Assembly (NCBI GenBank): GCA_963716175.1
Contig: OY970296.1
Coordinates: forward strand, 1,536,001 to 1,600,000
Direction: 5' to 3'
DNA: 64,000 nucleotides
Source of the DNA: an uncultured Armatimonadetes bacterium
GTDB taxonomy: Bacteria; Armatimonadota; Hebobacteria; Hebobacterales; Hebobacteraceae
Below are positions 1 through 9,615 of the stretch, piece by piece. Made by a program: the position numbers and the translations under genes. Within the stretch, counting starts at the first letter, position 1. The number at the start of each line of letters is the position of its first letter. Under the pieces are notes generated by a model, which worked only from the letters and a program-made list of their open reading frames with translations, was not told the origin of the DNA and searched no databases.

Positions 1-1
1 G

Positions 2-181
2 TTGCTCGACATCCTGGTGGACGGAGAGAAGGTGAGCGTGGGATTCCTGCATGAGGGCCGGGCGGTGGCGCCGGTGAGAGAGGTTGCCGAGGCGCTGGGT
101 GCGCGGGTCGAGGCGCGGCTGGAGACCGGGGAGATCGAGATCCACTCGCCTCCGGCGAGTGCATACCCTCTTGGGAGGTGA
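2..181 (+). CDS. 3' end of a gene, copper amine oxidase N-terminal (stalk)-like domain; partial
   Basis: Frame 2 is open from the window edge: LLDILVDGEK...RAVAPVREVAEALGARV...*; the PVRxVAEALGAxV motif is typical of this domain. Confidence 0.5.
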   Translation: MLDILVDGEKVSVGFLHEGRAVAPVREVAEALGARVEARLETGEIEIHSPPASAYPLGR

Positions 182-187
182 ACTGCG

Positions 188-391
188 ATGAAGTTGCTGC
201 GGATGCTGGGATACGCGTGGCGGCTGTTCTGGTTTCTGGAGCTGCTGATCACCCCGAGCGCGGCCGCCGAGGCCTTGCTGAACCAGGCGCGGGTGAAGGC
301 CTGGCTGGAGAAGCAGCCGCTGGATGATCAGCGCAAGATTCGGGAGGCCGCGCCGCTGGTGGTGGGGGCGATATTGGCGGCGCTGGAGTGA
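188..391 (+). CDS. small hypothetical protein
   Basis: GGAGGT RBS upstream, 67-aa ORF, genome-typical codon usage. Confidence 0.55.
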   Translation: MKLLRMLGYAWRLFWFLELLITPSAAAEALLNQARVKAWLEKQPLDDQRKIREAAPLVVGAILAALE

Positions 392-404
392 ACGGCAGAG
401 GCGG

Positions 405-515
405 TCCGCAGATTACGCAGATGGGCGCAGATCAATAAGGAATGCGGCGGGCGCTCGTGGGCCTCAGGCGCATGCGCCCTCCGCATTCATCTGTGTAATC
501 TGCGTAATCTGCGGA
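405..515. repeat. inverted pair of 9-bp-period CGCAGATNN repeats enclosing a hairpin
   Basis: TCCGCAGATTACGCAGATGGGCGCAGAT (405-432) and its near reverse complement (489-515) between convergent genes; same family at 3427-3472, 18550-18604, 20138-20166, 24074-24100, 51484-51523, 59477-59503. Confidence 0.8.
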
Positions 516-517
516 TT

Positions 518-1285
518 CTATAGGTAGCCTCCCAGCCGATGCATCTGCGGGATCACGCGGACTTCTGGCAGGTGCCGCTTTGCCACCGCCTGCAAGCACA
601 ACATCTGCCTGGGCGTGGGGGCCTGCATCTGTGGTCTTGTCGGCGTTACCGGCTGAAGCACCAGGGCCGCCTCTGGATTCACGCTCGCGATTAGCGAGGC
701 CGCGTGTTCCACTTCCTCCGGTTCGCAGTCGGCGGTCACCACGCATTTGCAGAAGTCGAGTCGGCTGGGGTCTTCATGGGCGGCGAGTGCGAAGAGGAAG
801 CGCTCGTGCTGCTCCCACTGGGAAGCTTGCCTGGTTGCTGAGGGTAGCTTGATATCGGCGCAGATGAAGTCGAGGTGCGCGATGATCTCCACCAGCTCCT
901 CGGCCAGGGTGCCATTGGTCTCCAGGTAAGCCTTCAGTCCCAGGTCGCCGAGCAGTGGGAGGAGTTCGGTGAGGAACTCCGCGTGCAGCAACGGCTCGCC
1001 GCCGGTGAGGGCGACGGAGTGATGAAGTCCTGGCTGGGGGCGGACCAGACCGCGAATGGCGTCGGCGATGTCGGTGCAGGAGAGGGGGTTGGGGATTTTG
1101 TCGAAGTCACTACTGCCCGCGGCCCGCTCCACGCGGCAGGTGGCCGGCGCGACCTGCGCGCCCGGCGTGTCGCAATAGGCGCAGCAGAGGTTGCATCCGG
1201 CGAAGCGCAGGAAGACCTGCCGCTCGCCGACCAGCAGCCCCTCGCCCTGGATGGAGGAGAAGATTTCGACGACGGGGGCGGTCAT
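518..1285 (-). CDS. queE: 7-carboxy-7-deazaguanine synthase (radical SAM)
   Basis: EIFSSIQGEG, FLRFAGCNLCCAYCDT, LTGGEPLL, LETNGT and C-terminal IPQMH motifs. Confidence 0.92.
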   Translation of the reverse strand: MTAPVVEIFSSIQGEGLLVGERQVFLRFAGCNLCCAYCDTPGAQVAPATCRVERAAGSSDFDKIPNPLSCTDIADAIRGLVRPQPGLHHSVALTGGEPLLHAEFLTELLPLLGDLGLKAYLETNGTLAEELVEIIAHLDFICADIKLPSATRQASQWEQHERFLFALAAHEDPSRLDFCKCVVTADCEPEEVEHAASLIASVNPEAALVLQPVTPTRPQMQAPTPRQMLCLQAVAKRHLPEVRVIPQMHRLGGYL

Positions 1286-1356
1286 GGGGCGGTAGTTCCG
1301 TTGGGCCGGGGCCTGCCCCTGCCAGCGGTCTTGACGGAAGCGCGTGATGCTTCAAG

Positions 1357-1510
1357 GTGTTTCGGGACTTCCAGTCCCGAAACCGCGTGGGCGGCACGGT
1401 TTCGGGATCACAGATCCCGAAACACCGGACGGCGAGACGGCAGGTCGCGTGGCTAGGCCTACGGGGCAGGCCGCCACCCCGGCCGCGGTACGCGACCTAG
1501 CGAGACCTAC
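1357..1510. repeat. cluster of REP-like palindromes
   Basis: GTTTCGGGA..TCCCGAAAC hairpins (also near 5027-5070) and a GGCAGGTCGCGTGGCTAGGCC..GGCCGCCACCCCGGCCGC unit shared with 24851-24916. Confidence 0.7.
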
Positions 1511-1511
1511 C

Positions 1512-2819
1512 CTACATTCTTTCATCCACCACCCGCACCGCTTTCCCCTCCCGCCGCGGGATGGTGCCGGGCTCGACGAGTTCGATGCGCGGGGTGACGA
1601 GGAGTTCGGTGCGGAGGGCGTGGGTGATGCGTTCCTGGAGCTTGAGCAGCTCGTCCACCTCGCCGCGGAAGATCTCCGGCGTGACCTCTACCCTGACGGT
1701 TAGGCGGTCGGTGTAGCCCTCGCGGTCGAGCAGGATGAGATAGTTGGTGCCCACCTCGGGCATGGCCATGAGCGCCCGCTCGATCTGCATGGGGAAGATG
1801 TTGACGCCCTTGATGATGAACATGTCATCGGTGCGGCCCTGGATGCGAGCGAGGCGGCGATGGGTGCGGCCGCAGGGGCAGTCGCCCGGGAGGAATGCGG
1901 TCACGTCGCGGGTGCGGTAGCGGATCAGGGGCATGGCCTCCCGGGTGAGGGAGGTGAGAACGAGTTCGCCCTCTTCCGCCTCCGCCACCGGCTCCCCGGT
2001 TTCCGGGTTGATGATCTCGGCGAAGTACGCGTCTTCCCAGAGGTGCAGTCCCTGCTGGGCCGGGCACTCGAAAGCGACGCCGGGCCCGCACATCTCCGAC
2101 AGGCCGTAGCAGTTGTAGAAGGGGATGCCCCAGCTCGCTTGCAGCCGCTGCCGGGTTCCTTCGGTATAGGGCTCGGCCCCCGCCACCGCGAAGCGCAAGG
2201 CCAGATCGTGCTTGGGGTTCACACCCATCTCCTCGCAGGTGGCGAGCAGGGCCAGTGCGTAGCTGGGGATGATGTGGATGGCGGCGGCCCGGAAGATGCG
2301 CATGAACTCGACCTGCCGCTGGCTGCCGCCGGCGCCGATGGGGATGACGAAGGCCCCCAGCTTCTCCGCGCCGTAGTGCAGGCCGAGCCCGCCGGTGAAC
2401 AGCCCGTAGCTCATCATGTTCTGGAACACATCCCCTCGACGCAGCCCCACCATGTGGAGACAGCGCGCCACCAACTCGGCCCAGGCCTCGATGTCGCCCG
2501 CGGTGTGGAAGACCGCGGTGGCCAGGCCGGTGGTGCCGGAAGAGTGATGCAGGCGCACCACCCGATCCTTCGGCACCGCCAGGAAACCGAAGGGGTAGCT
2601 GTCGCGCAGGTCCTGCTTGCCGGTCAGCGGGAAGCGGCCCAGATCATCGAGCGAGTGAAGCGAGCCCGGGCCCAGGCCGAGACCTGCGAACACCTTCGCA
2701 TAGTGCTGGGACTTCGCGGCCTGGCCGACGCTCCAGCGGAGGCGTTCGAGCTGGAGGGCGCGGAGGGCGTCAGGGGAGGTGGTCTCGATTGGGTCGTAGG
2801 GCGCTGCCTGCGGCATCAC
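1512..2819 (-). CDS. paaK: phenylacetate-CoA ligase family
   Basis: HSSGTTG, YGLFTGGLG, YGLSE, RYRTRD, GRTDDMFIIKGVNIFP. Confidence 0.88.
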   Translation of the reverse strand: MMPQAAPYDPIETTSPDALRALQLERLRWSVGQAAKSQHYAKVFAGLGLGPGSLHSLDDLGRFPLTGKQDLRDSYPFGFLAVPKDRVVRLHHSSGTTGLATAVFHTAGDIEAWAELVARCLHMVGLRRGDVFQNMMSYGLFTGGLGLHYGAEKLGAFVIPIGAGGSQRQVEFMRIFRAAAIHIIPSYALALLATCEEMGVNPKHDLALRFAVAGAEPYTEGTRQRLQASWGIPFYNCYGLSEMCGPGVAFECPAQQGLHLWEDAYFAEIINPETGEPVAEAEEGELVLTSLTREAMPLIRYRTRDVTAFLPGDCPCGRTHRRLARIQGRTDDMFIIKGVNIFPMQIERALMAMPEVGTNYLILLDREGYTDRLTVRVEVTPEIFRGEVDELLKLQERITHALRTELLVTPRIELVEPGTIPRREGKAVRVVDERM

Positions 2820-2856
2820 TGATACCTCGGTGGCGGACAGGGCAGGAGACCAGCGG

Positions 2857-3414
2857 CTAGGTGACGGGCCTCACCTTCCGCGAGGCCTGATGCGCGGATT
2901 GGATCTCCGCGGCGTAAGCGGATAGCAGTCGCTCGGCAAACCCCCGCGGCTCGATCCCGAGTTCTTCCAGCCCGATCGCCGGGACTGGCGCGCCTTCGCC
3001 CCGGAGGTTGAAGCCGGCATGGATGAGGCCGGAGGTGGGGGAAGTGGTGGCGACGGAGATGGAGAGCTTGCGGCCCCGGAGGTAGAGGTCGTCGCCTTCC
3101 CGGCGCAGGAGCGGCTCGCCCAGATGGGAGTTGATGATCTCAGCGGCGATGGCCATCAGCAGGCGCTGGCGGAGGGTGATGCGCTCCAGGTCGAGACCGG
3201 GGTGCTCGATGATCAGGTGGAGCATGCGGGGGCTGAAGATCCTGGCCCCGGCCTCGAGGTCAACCTGGTCCACCATGTGCTCGGGGGCCACGTCGCAAGG
3301 GCCGATGAAGGCCACCGCGGCGTCGCCTGCGAGTCCGGCGGTCTCGGCGATCCAGCCGGAGCGGAGCTGCGCGCCGGTGTATTCCAGTTCGCGGTCGAGG
3401 GTGCAGGTTCTCAT
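2857..3414 (-). CDS. DUF366 family protein (biotin/lipoate ligase-like fold)
   Basis: YTGAQLRSGW, FIGPCDV, MLHLIIEH, RQRLL, GDDLY..KLSISVAT; family often lies near queuosine genes. Confidence 0.75.
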   Translation of the reverse strand: MRTCTLDRELEYTGAQLRSGWIAETAGLAGDAAVAFIGPCDVAPEHMVDQVDLEAGARIFSPRMLHLIIEHPGLDLERITLRQRLLMAIAAEIINSHLGEPLLRREGDDLYLRGRKLSISVATTSPTSGLIHAGFNLRGEGAPVPAIGLEELGIEPRGFAERLLSAYAAEIQSAHQASRKVRPVT

Positions 3415-3486
3415 ACTATGATTATCATCTGTGGAATCCGCCAAAGGCGGATGAATCTGCGTAATCTGCGGACCGCAGTTACCCCC

Positions 3487-4932
3487 CTACCACGTGAAGT
3501 GCGCCGTCGCCAGCAGCCCGAAGTTGATCAGCTCCGGCGGCAGGTTGTACCAGGCGGTGGTGATCACCCCTTCGGCCTTCGCCTCCATGGCGCGCTCGGC
3601 AAACAGCTTGATGTTCGTGCCATAGCGCGGGAAGTCGGGCAGCGAGAGCCAGTCACTGGTGTTGCCGCTGCAGGTGGGCCCGCAGATCACCCGGCGCCCG
3701 TGCTCCTGATAGTACTCCAGATAGGGGAAGGCGCGGACGCACTTCGGGAACTGGTCCCCCAGATAGGGGCGGAATAGCCTGAGGAAATCAGGGCCCAGAT
3801 CCTCCTCCAGGGGAACAGGCGAGCCGAAGAACCTCAGCGTGTCGGCGGTGACGTCGGAGAGTTCGGCCTTCCATTCCTTCTGCCAGCGTTGGTCGTACAC
3901 GGAGTCGCTCTTTCCCTCGCGGTCATAGCGCGCGATCAGCAGGGGGCTGGGCGAGGAGGTGGTCCAGTAATCCCAGTACATCACCCAGGCGCTCGGGTGA
4001 AGCTGACCTATCACCTGGGGATGAGCGCACAGGATGTCGTCCCATAGGATGGGCGTGATCCCGCGCTCGCTCAGCCAGGCGCACACCTTGTTGATGTGGC
4101 TTAGGTAGAGCGCGCCCTTGTCCTGCCCGCGACAGCGCGGGCATACCCCAAGGCGCCGGGTCTCGTCCGCGCCAATGTGCATCAACTGACAGCCGGGAAA
4201 CAGCGCGAGGATCTCCTCCGCCAGCTCGCACCAGACCCGGAAGGACTTCTCGTTGCTCGGGCACATCTGGTCCTGGTGCTGCTCTTCCTCCCGGATGTCT
4301 GCGTACTCATCGTGTTTCAGCAGATAGCGCAGGTGCCCGAGCGATTGCAGCAGCGGGATCGCCTGCATGCCATTGTCGCGGGCCAGCTCCAGGAGCTGTA
4401 CGACCTCGTCCCGCGTGAGGGCGGTGGGCGAGGCCACCACCCGGTGCTTCTGGAACGGGAACCGATCCCCGAATTCCACCAGGATGGTGTTCAGCTTCAG
4501 CTTCGCCGCGGACCGGACCAGGGCCAGCGCCTCCCCCGCGCCCATTTGCAGGAAGCTCTCGAACATGAGCTGGATGCCGCGGACGCGAAGTCGCGGGTAG
4601 TCTCTGATCTTGCCCACCGGCAGCGCGGGCCCGTTCCGGACCTGGGCGAGCGTGGCCAGCGCGTAGAGGAAACCGCGCCAGGAGCTGGCGCTCACCTTCA
4701 CCCCCTGCGCGGCAATCTCCAGCGCGTACTCCTCCTCCCCCAGCCCCTCGCTCCGCAGCAGCTTGATGTTCTTCTCGCCTCTCCCGCGCGCCAGGCCAAA
4801 CGCCTCTGCAAACCGGGCGGCCACGCGTTCATCCGACGACTCATCCACCAGGCCCCAGTCAGCGCCAACGATGACCATCTCGCGGGAAAGCGCAACCTCC
4901 TTGGGCGCCGGGATCAACCTGGGCATCGCCAT
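3487..4932 (-). CDS. glycoside hydrolase family 20 (beta-N-acetylhexosaminidase-like)
   Basis: LIPAPK start, IRDYPRLRVRG, IPLLQSLGH, catalytic HIGADE, WDD; RBS GAGGAG before ATG 4932. Confidence 0.85.
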   Translation of the reverse strand: MAMPRLIPAPKEVALSREMVIVGADWGLVDESSDERVAARFAEAFGLARGRGEKNIKLLRSEGLGEEEYALEIAAQGVKVSASSWRGFLYALATLAQVRNGPALPVGKIRDYPRLRVRGIQLMFESFLQMGAGEALALVRSAAKLKLNTILVEFGDRFPFQKHRVVASPTALTRDEVVQLLELARDNGMQAIPLLQSLGHLRYLLKHDEYADIREEEQHQDQMCPSNEKSFRVWCELAEEILALFPGCQLMHIGADETRRLGVCPRCRGQDKGALYLSHINKVCAWLSERGITPILWDDILCAHPQVIGQLHPSAWVMYWDYWTTSSPSPLLIARYDREGKSDSVYDQRWQKEWKAELSDVTADTLRFFGSPVPLEEDLGPDFLRLFRPYLGDQFPKCVRAFPYLEYYQEHGRRVICGPTCSGNTSDWLSLPDFPRYGTNIKLFAERAMEAKAEGVITTAWYNLPPELINFGLLATAHFTW

Positions 4933-5173
4933 CGCCTTCTCCTCCTCAGAGCCGTACTCTGCATGCAGCGCCCCGCAGCCTAGCACGCTGCAGCCGATCG
5001 CGTCTAGTCTCCACGTTGGGCACGATCGGTTTCCGGATTGAGGTCCCGAAACACCCAGGCGCCGAAACACGCAAACACTCACACCTCAACAGGATTCGCA
5101 CCCCGCAGGTCAAACTGAATAGCGCGGTTAGGGGGGAGTGTCGGCCGGCGCGGAGCAGCGATAGGGATCGAGC

Positions 5174-8155
5174 ATGCCATTGGCCCAGAGATTGCGGATC
5201 GAGAAGCGTAACGGGTATGTGCTGGCGGTGGACCCGGCCGCCCCTTCCTGGATCGCCACCAACGACGACGGCGCCTGGGTGCTGCGCCAGCTTCGCGCTG
5301 GCACCCCCAGGGATGACATCAGCTATCGCTTTGCCAGGCGAGTGGGTGTGAGTCTGGCTCGCGCCCTGCAGCTGGTGGCGCCTTTCGCAGATGAGGTCGC
5401 CGAGTTCGCTTCCCCCGCGAACCGTCCCCCCTACGGCGGGCGGGCGAGCTATCTGCAGCCCGACCGGCTGAAGGAGGTGTGGCTGCACCTCACCGATCGC
5501 TGCAACCTCGCCTGCCGCCACTGCCTGGTGTCATCCGGGCCGAGCCGGGAGGATGGCATCCCGACCGAGCCTGTCCGCGGCTGGCTGCGCCAGGCCTGTG
5601 ACCTGGGGGTGGACACTTTTTACTTCACGGGCGGCGAGCCCTGGCTGCGGCCGGACTTGCCGGACCTGCTGCGCGAGGTGACCGTGGGTTACGGCGCCAC
5701 CGCGGTGGTGCTAACCAATGGTTGCTTGCTGGATGAGGAGCTGACCGCCCGCTTGTCCGCCCTGCCGCGGGAGCGGCTCTTCCTCCAGATCAGCCTGGAC
5801 GGATCCACGCCCGCGCGCAACGACTGGCTGCGCTCCCGGGGCAGCTTCGAGGGCGCGGTGGGAGCCCTGAGGCGAGCGGTGCAGTGCGGCATCAATGTTA
5901 CCGCAGCCACCGTGGTGCTGAGGCGCAATCTCGACGATCTCATCCCTCTCGCGCGGCTGGTGCGCGGGCTGGGGGTGAAGCAGCTCCACCTGATGTGGCA
6001 GCAGGCCCGCGAGCGCGGCGCCCGGCTGCGGCCGCCCTCGCTGCGCAGTCTACAGGCCGCCATGGCCGCCCTGATGGTGGAGGCCGACGAGCTCGGCCTG
6101 GTGATCGATAATGTCGAGAACATCCGCCGCACGGTGAATGGCGATCCCAATATCAAGTACGACCTATCGAATGCTTGCTGGGACAGCCTGGCGATCTACC
6201 GCGACGGCCGGGTGTTTCCTTCCGCCTGTCTGGTGGGCATTGACTCCGAGAGCGGGGGCTCGCTGCTGAGCGCTTCCTTGAAGGAAGTCTGGCTGGGCTC
6301 CGAGCGCTTCCACGACCGCCGCCTGAGAAGCGTGGTCAGTCTCCCCGGAGTGCAGGCCGACCCCTTCCTCTTCCTCCACGGCGGCGGCGATCCGGAGCAG
6401 GCCTTCTTCGCCTCCAATGGCAACGGCGGAGCCGCGCTCGATCCCTATCTGCCGCTGCATCGCATGTTGGTGCGAGCCGTGGTTGATCAGACCGCGGCCG
6501 CGCGGCAGGCGCTCATCGGTTCTCCCCCTGCGGGCCCGGTGGCCTTCCATCTCATGGGCGACGACGGCTACGGCTGCCCGCGGGAATCCGGCGCCCGCAA
6601 CGGAGGCGAGCACGCGGTTGATTTCGTGCACTCCAACTGCGTTCTCATCCAGGATGTGATCGCCAAAGCCAGGGCTCAGATCCGGCGCTACTACGGGGAG
6701 GCGGCGCGGGAGGTGAAGAGCGAGATCTGCTCACCCGTCGCCATCGAGCCCCGCTATCTCTCCCACATTCCGCGAGAAGTGATCGCCCGCTCCTATGGCT
6801 GCGGAAGCCCGGTGTTGCTGGCCGGCCTGCAGCCCGGCGAGACCGTGCTCGACCTGGGTTCTGGGGCCGGCCTGGAATGCTTCATCGCCGCCCGCTTGGT
6901 GGGAGCGGAGGGCGGCGTCATTGGCCTTGACATGACCCCGGAGATGGTGGAGTTCGCCGATGGCATGCGCCCTCGGGTGGCGGAACGGCTGGGCTATGGC
7001 AACGTCCGTTTCCAGCACGGCCTGCTGGAGGCCATCCCGTTGGCCGACGGGGAGGCGGACGCGGTCATCTCCAACTGCGTGATCAACCTCTCGCCTGAGA
7101 AGCTGCGAGTGCTAGCCGAGATCCGCCGGGTGCTGAAGCCCGGCGGGCGCATGGTGATCAGCGACATCGTCAGCGAGCGCGCCTTGCCTGCGCACCTTCG
7201 CTTCAACCCCAGGCTGCGCGGCGAGTGCATCGGCGGCGCGCTCACCGAGGCGAAGCTGCTTCGCCTGCTGGAGAAGCTCGGCTTCGTGGGCATCGAGGTG
7301 ACGGCGCGGGCGCCCTGGCGGACGGTGGGGGGAGTGTCATTTGACAGTGTCACCGTGCGGGCGTGGAAGCCCGATGGCAACGCGCCGCCAGTGGAGCTGC
7401 CCGGCCGGATTTCACTCATCTCCTCCTCCCCTTCTGCGGCGACGAAGCCGGCCGCGCAGCACCCCCAGGACTGCCTGGTATGCGGGGCTCCCCTTGACTA
7501 CTTGCTAGTCGAGCAGGCACTAGCTTGTCATTACTGCGGCCAGGTCACGGCTGCCAACGCCCGCTGCCGGGCGGGGCATTTCGTCTGCGACCAGTGCCAT
7601 ACCGGAGACCACCTCGCCTTCATCAAGTCCTTCTGTGCGCGCTCCAGCGAGACCGATCCGGTGGCGCTGTTCTCGGCGATGAGGCGGTCCACGCTGTTCC
7701 CGCTGCACGGCCCCGAGCACCACGCCCTGGTGCCGGCGGCGTTTCTGACGGCCTATCGCAATCTCTTCGGGGAGCCCTCCCAGGAGCGGATCGAGGCCGC
7801 CTTGGGCCGCGCCGCAAACATGCCGGGTGGAACCTGCGCCTATTGGGGGGCCTGTGCCGCCGGATTGGGCATCGGCATTGCTTACTCCGCCATCCTGGGC
7901 GCCACTCCCCTTTCCAGCGCGCCCCGGGGCACGGTGCAAATGGTAGTGAGTCGCCTGCTCGCCGAGTTCGGCCGCCTGCCTGCCCCCCGCTGCTGCCGGC
8001 GCGAGAGCTACCTCTCCCTTGGCCTCGGCTGCGAGCTGTCCGGCGACTACCTCCCTCACGCCCTGGCCGCCGGCCCCCTGCCGGCCTGCGATCAAACTGA
8101 GCTGAACCGCGAGTGCATCGGCCCGGCCTGCCCTCTCCATCCGGCGGTGTTGTAG
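5174..8155 (+). CDS. radical SAM / ArsM-like methyltransferase / Cys-rich DUF5714-like fusion protein
   Basis: CNLACRHC and FTGGEP; YGCGSP, VLDLGSGAG, SNCVINL, GECIGGA; C-terminal CLVC, CHYC, CDQC, HGPEHH, PRCCRR. Confidence 0.8.
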   Translation: MPLAQRLRIEKRNGYVLAVDPAAPSWIATNDDGAWVLRQLRAGTPRDDISYRFARRVGVSLARALQLVAPFADEVAEFASPANRPPYGGRASYLQPDRLKEVWLHLTDRCNLACRHCLVSSGPSREDGIPTEPVRGWLRQACDLGVDTFYFTGGEPWLRPDLPDLLREVTVGYGATAVVLTNGCLLDEELTARLSALPRERLFLQISLDGSTPARNDWLRSRGSFEGAVGALRRAVQCGINVTAATVVLRRNLDDLIPLARLVRGLGVKQLHLMWQQARERGARLRPPSLRSLQAAMAALMVEADELGLVIDNVENIRRTVNGDPNIKYDLSNACWDSLAIYRDGRVFPSACLVGIDSESGGSLLSASLKEVWLGSERFHDRRLRSVVSLPGVQADPFLFLHGGGDPEQAFFASNGNGGAALDPYLPLHRMLVRAVVDQTAAARQALIGSPPAGPVAFHLMGDDGYGCPRESGARNGGEHAVDFVHSNCVLIQDVIAKARAQIRRYYGEAAREVKSEICSPVAIEPRYLSHIPREVIARSYGCGSPVLLAGLQPGETVLDLGSGAGLECFIAARLVGAEGGVIGLDMTPEMVEFADGMRPRVAERLGYGNVRFQHGLLEAIPLADGEADAVISNCVINLSPEKLRVLAEIRRVLKPGGRMVISDIVSERALPAHLRFNPRLRGECIGGALTEAKLLRLLEKLGFVGIEVTARAPWRTVGGVSFDSVTVRAWKPDGNAPPVELPGRISLISSSPSAATKPAAQHPQDCLVCGAPLDYLLVEQALACHYCGQVTAANARCRAGHFVCDQCHTGDHLAFIKSFCARSSETDPVALFSAMRRSTLFPLHGPEHHALVPAAFLTAYRNLFGEPSQERIEAALGRAANMPGGTCAYWGACAAGLGIGIAYSAILGATPLSSAPRGTVQMVVSRLLAEFGRLPAPRCCRRESYLSLGLGCELSGDYLPHALAAGPLPACDQTELNRECIGPACPLHPAVL

Positions 8156-8280
8156 GGCGGGTATCCTGCGAAGCCGCGGCGAAGTGGCTAGGTCGCCTAG
8201 AGCGACCGCCACGGCGGTGAGTACCTAGCCGCAGGATGCCCGCCGGCCGTCGCTACACTCTCGCGGCTGGAGGTAGAGCT

Positions 8281-8928
8281 ATGCTAGACGCACTGAAACA
8301 GCGGGTCTGCCATCTCAACCAGGAGTTGGAACGCCAGGGCCTGGTCACCATGACCAGCGGCAATGTGAGCGGCCGCGACCCCGAGACCAACCGCGTGGTC
8401 ATCAAGCCCAGCGGCGTCAGCTACCAGCACCTGACGCCCGATGACATGGTGGTGGTCTCACTTCAGGGCGAGGCGCTCGAGGGGAATCTCAAGCCCTCGG
8501 TTGACACCGCGACTCACCTCTACATCTACCGCCAGCGCCCCGATGTCCACGGCGTGGTTCACACCCACTCGAACTACGCCACCGCCTTCGCTGCCGTCGG
8601 CCAGAGCATTCCCTGCGCGCTCACCGCCATCGCCGACGAGTTCGGCGGCCCCATTCCCGTCGGCCCCTATGCCCCGATCGGCGAGGAGGACATCGGCAAG
8701 GCGATCGTGGATCACATCGGCAACTGCAAGGCCATCCTGATGAAGCAGCATGGGGCGTTCACCATCGGTGATTCCCCGGAGGCGGCGGTGAAAAGCGCGG
8801 TGATGCTGGAGGACGTCGCCCGCACTTGCTTCCTCGCCTTGCAGCTAGGCCATCTCACCGAGATCCCACCCGAGGAGGTCGCCCGCGCTCACCGGCGCTA
8901 CCGGGAGCGCTACGGCCAGAAACAGTGA
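8281..8928 (+). CDS. araD: L-ribulose-5-phosphate 4-epimerase (class II aldolase family)
   Basis: TSGNVSGR, IKPSG, PSVDTATH, VHTHS. Confidence 0.8.
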   Translation: MLDALKQRVCHLNQELERQGLVTMTSGNVSGRDPETNRVVIKPSGVSYQHLTPDDMVVVSLQGEALEGNLKPSVDTATHLYIYRQRPDVHGVVHTHSNYATAFAAVGQSIPCALTAIADEFGGPIPVGPYAPIGEEDIGKAIVDHIGNCKAILMKQHGAFTIGDSPEAAVKSAVMLEDVARTCFLALQLGHLTEIPPEEVARAHRRYRERYGQKQ

Positions 8929-8944
8929 GGGGCAGGGAGAGAAT

Positions 8945-8974
8945 CGAGAGCGGAGGGAGAACCCTCCGCTCTCG
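8945..8974. terminator. perfect 13-bp hairpin between convergent genes, possible terminator
   Basis: CGAGAGCGGAGGG-AGAA-CCCTCCGCTCTCG; no U-tract. Confidence 0.45.
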
Positions 8975-8998
8975 CATGCACCCAGCCTATCGCACTCC

Positions 8999-9196
8999 CT
9001 AGGCCCCTTCCTCTTCGGTCTCCTCACCCCGACGAATCAGGCTGCGCGCCTTCTCGGCGGCGACGTCCTTGACCTTCAGCGCCCCCTCCTTGACCCGCTC
9101 CCGCGTCTCCTCCCCGGCCTCGGGAGCGAAGATGATCCCCACGGCCGCGCCCACCAAGGCCCCTACCAGCAGCCCGGCCAGAAAATTGCCCTTCAT
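8999..9196 (-). CDS. YtxH domain protein
   Basis: FLAGLLVGALVGAAVGIIFAPEAGEETR signature; GGAGGAGG RBS. Confidence 0.85.
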   Translation of the reverse strand: MKGNFLAGLLVGALVGAAVGIIFAPEAGEETRERVKEGALKVKDVAAEKARSLIRRGEETEEEGA

Positions 9197-9558
9197 CGCG
9201 CCTCCTCCCCTTCTTGCTAGTGATAGCCCTTCACCCGTCCGCTGCCAGGGATGTTAGCTAGCTTGCCTGCTGCCGTCAATCCCTGCTGTCTCGGATATTC
9301 CACAATCCGGCCCGCCGCGCCCCGGCCTCACCATTGGCCTGCCAGCTATGATGGATTACGCTATCTACCATAGCTAGCAAGCGATAGGTAGAGGTAATCT
9401 CTTCCGCGTGTGGCGCCATTGCGGGGTTCAGTTGTGACTAGTTATAGCTTGGTTATAGTGCTTACTAGTGATTGATCGTAGCGCCCAGCACGCTCTCGCG
9501 GGGCTCAGCCAGGGCCTGCCCGGGGTTGCCCCAGGTCGTATCCAGCAGGAGCGTCGCC

Positions 9559-9587
9559 TTGACACGGCCGCCCGGCCAGCATAGAAT
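9559..9587 (+). promoter_or_regulatory. sigma70-type promoter of parAB
   Basis: TTGACA-17 bp-TAGAAT. Confidence 0.7.
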
Positions 9588-9615
9588 GGCGCATCCTCGT
9601 CACCCTGGGGGCCGA

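Noticed and set aside
1286-1511. preQ1 riboswitch upstream of queE
   Set aside because: No recognisable preQ1 consensus; the region is explained by REP-like hairpins.
9290-9480. DnaA box cluster
   Set aside because: Only degenerate matches (e.g. TATTCCACA), too weak to annotate oriC.
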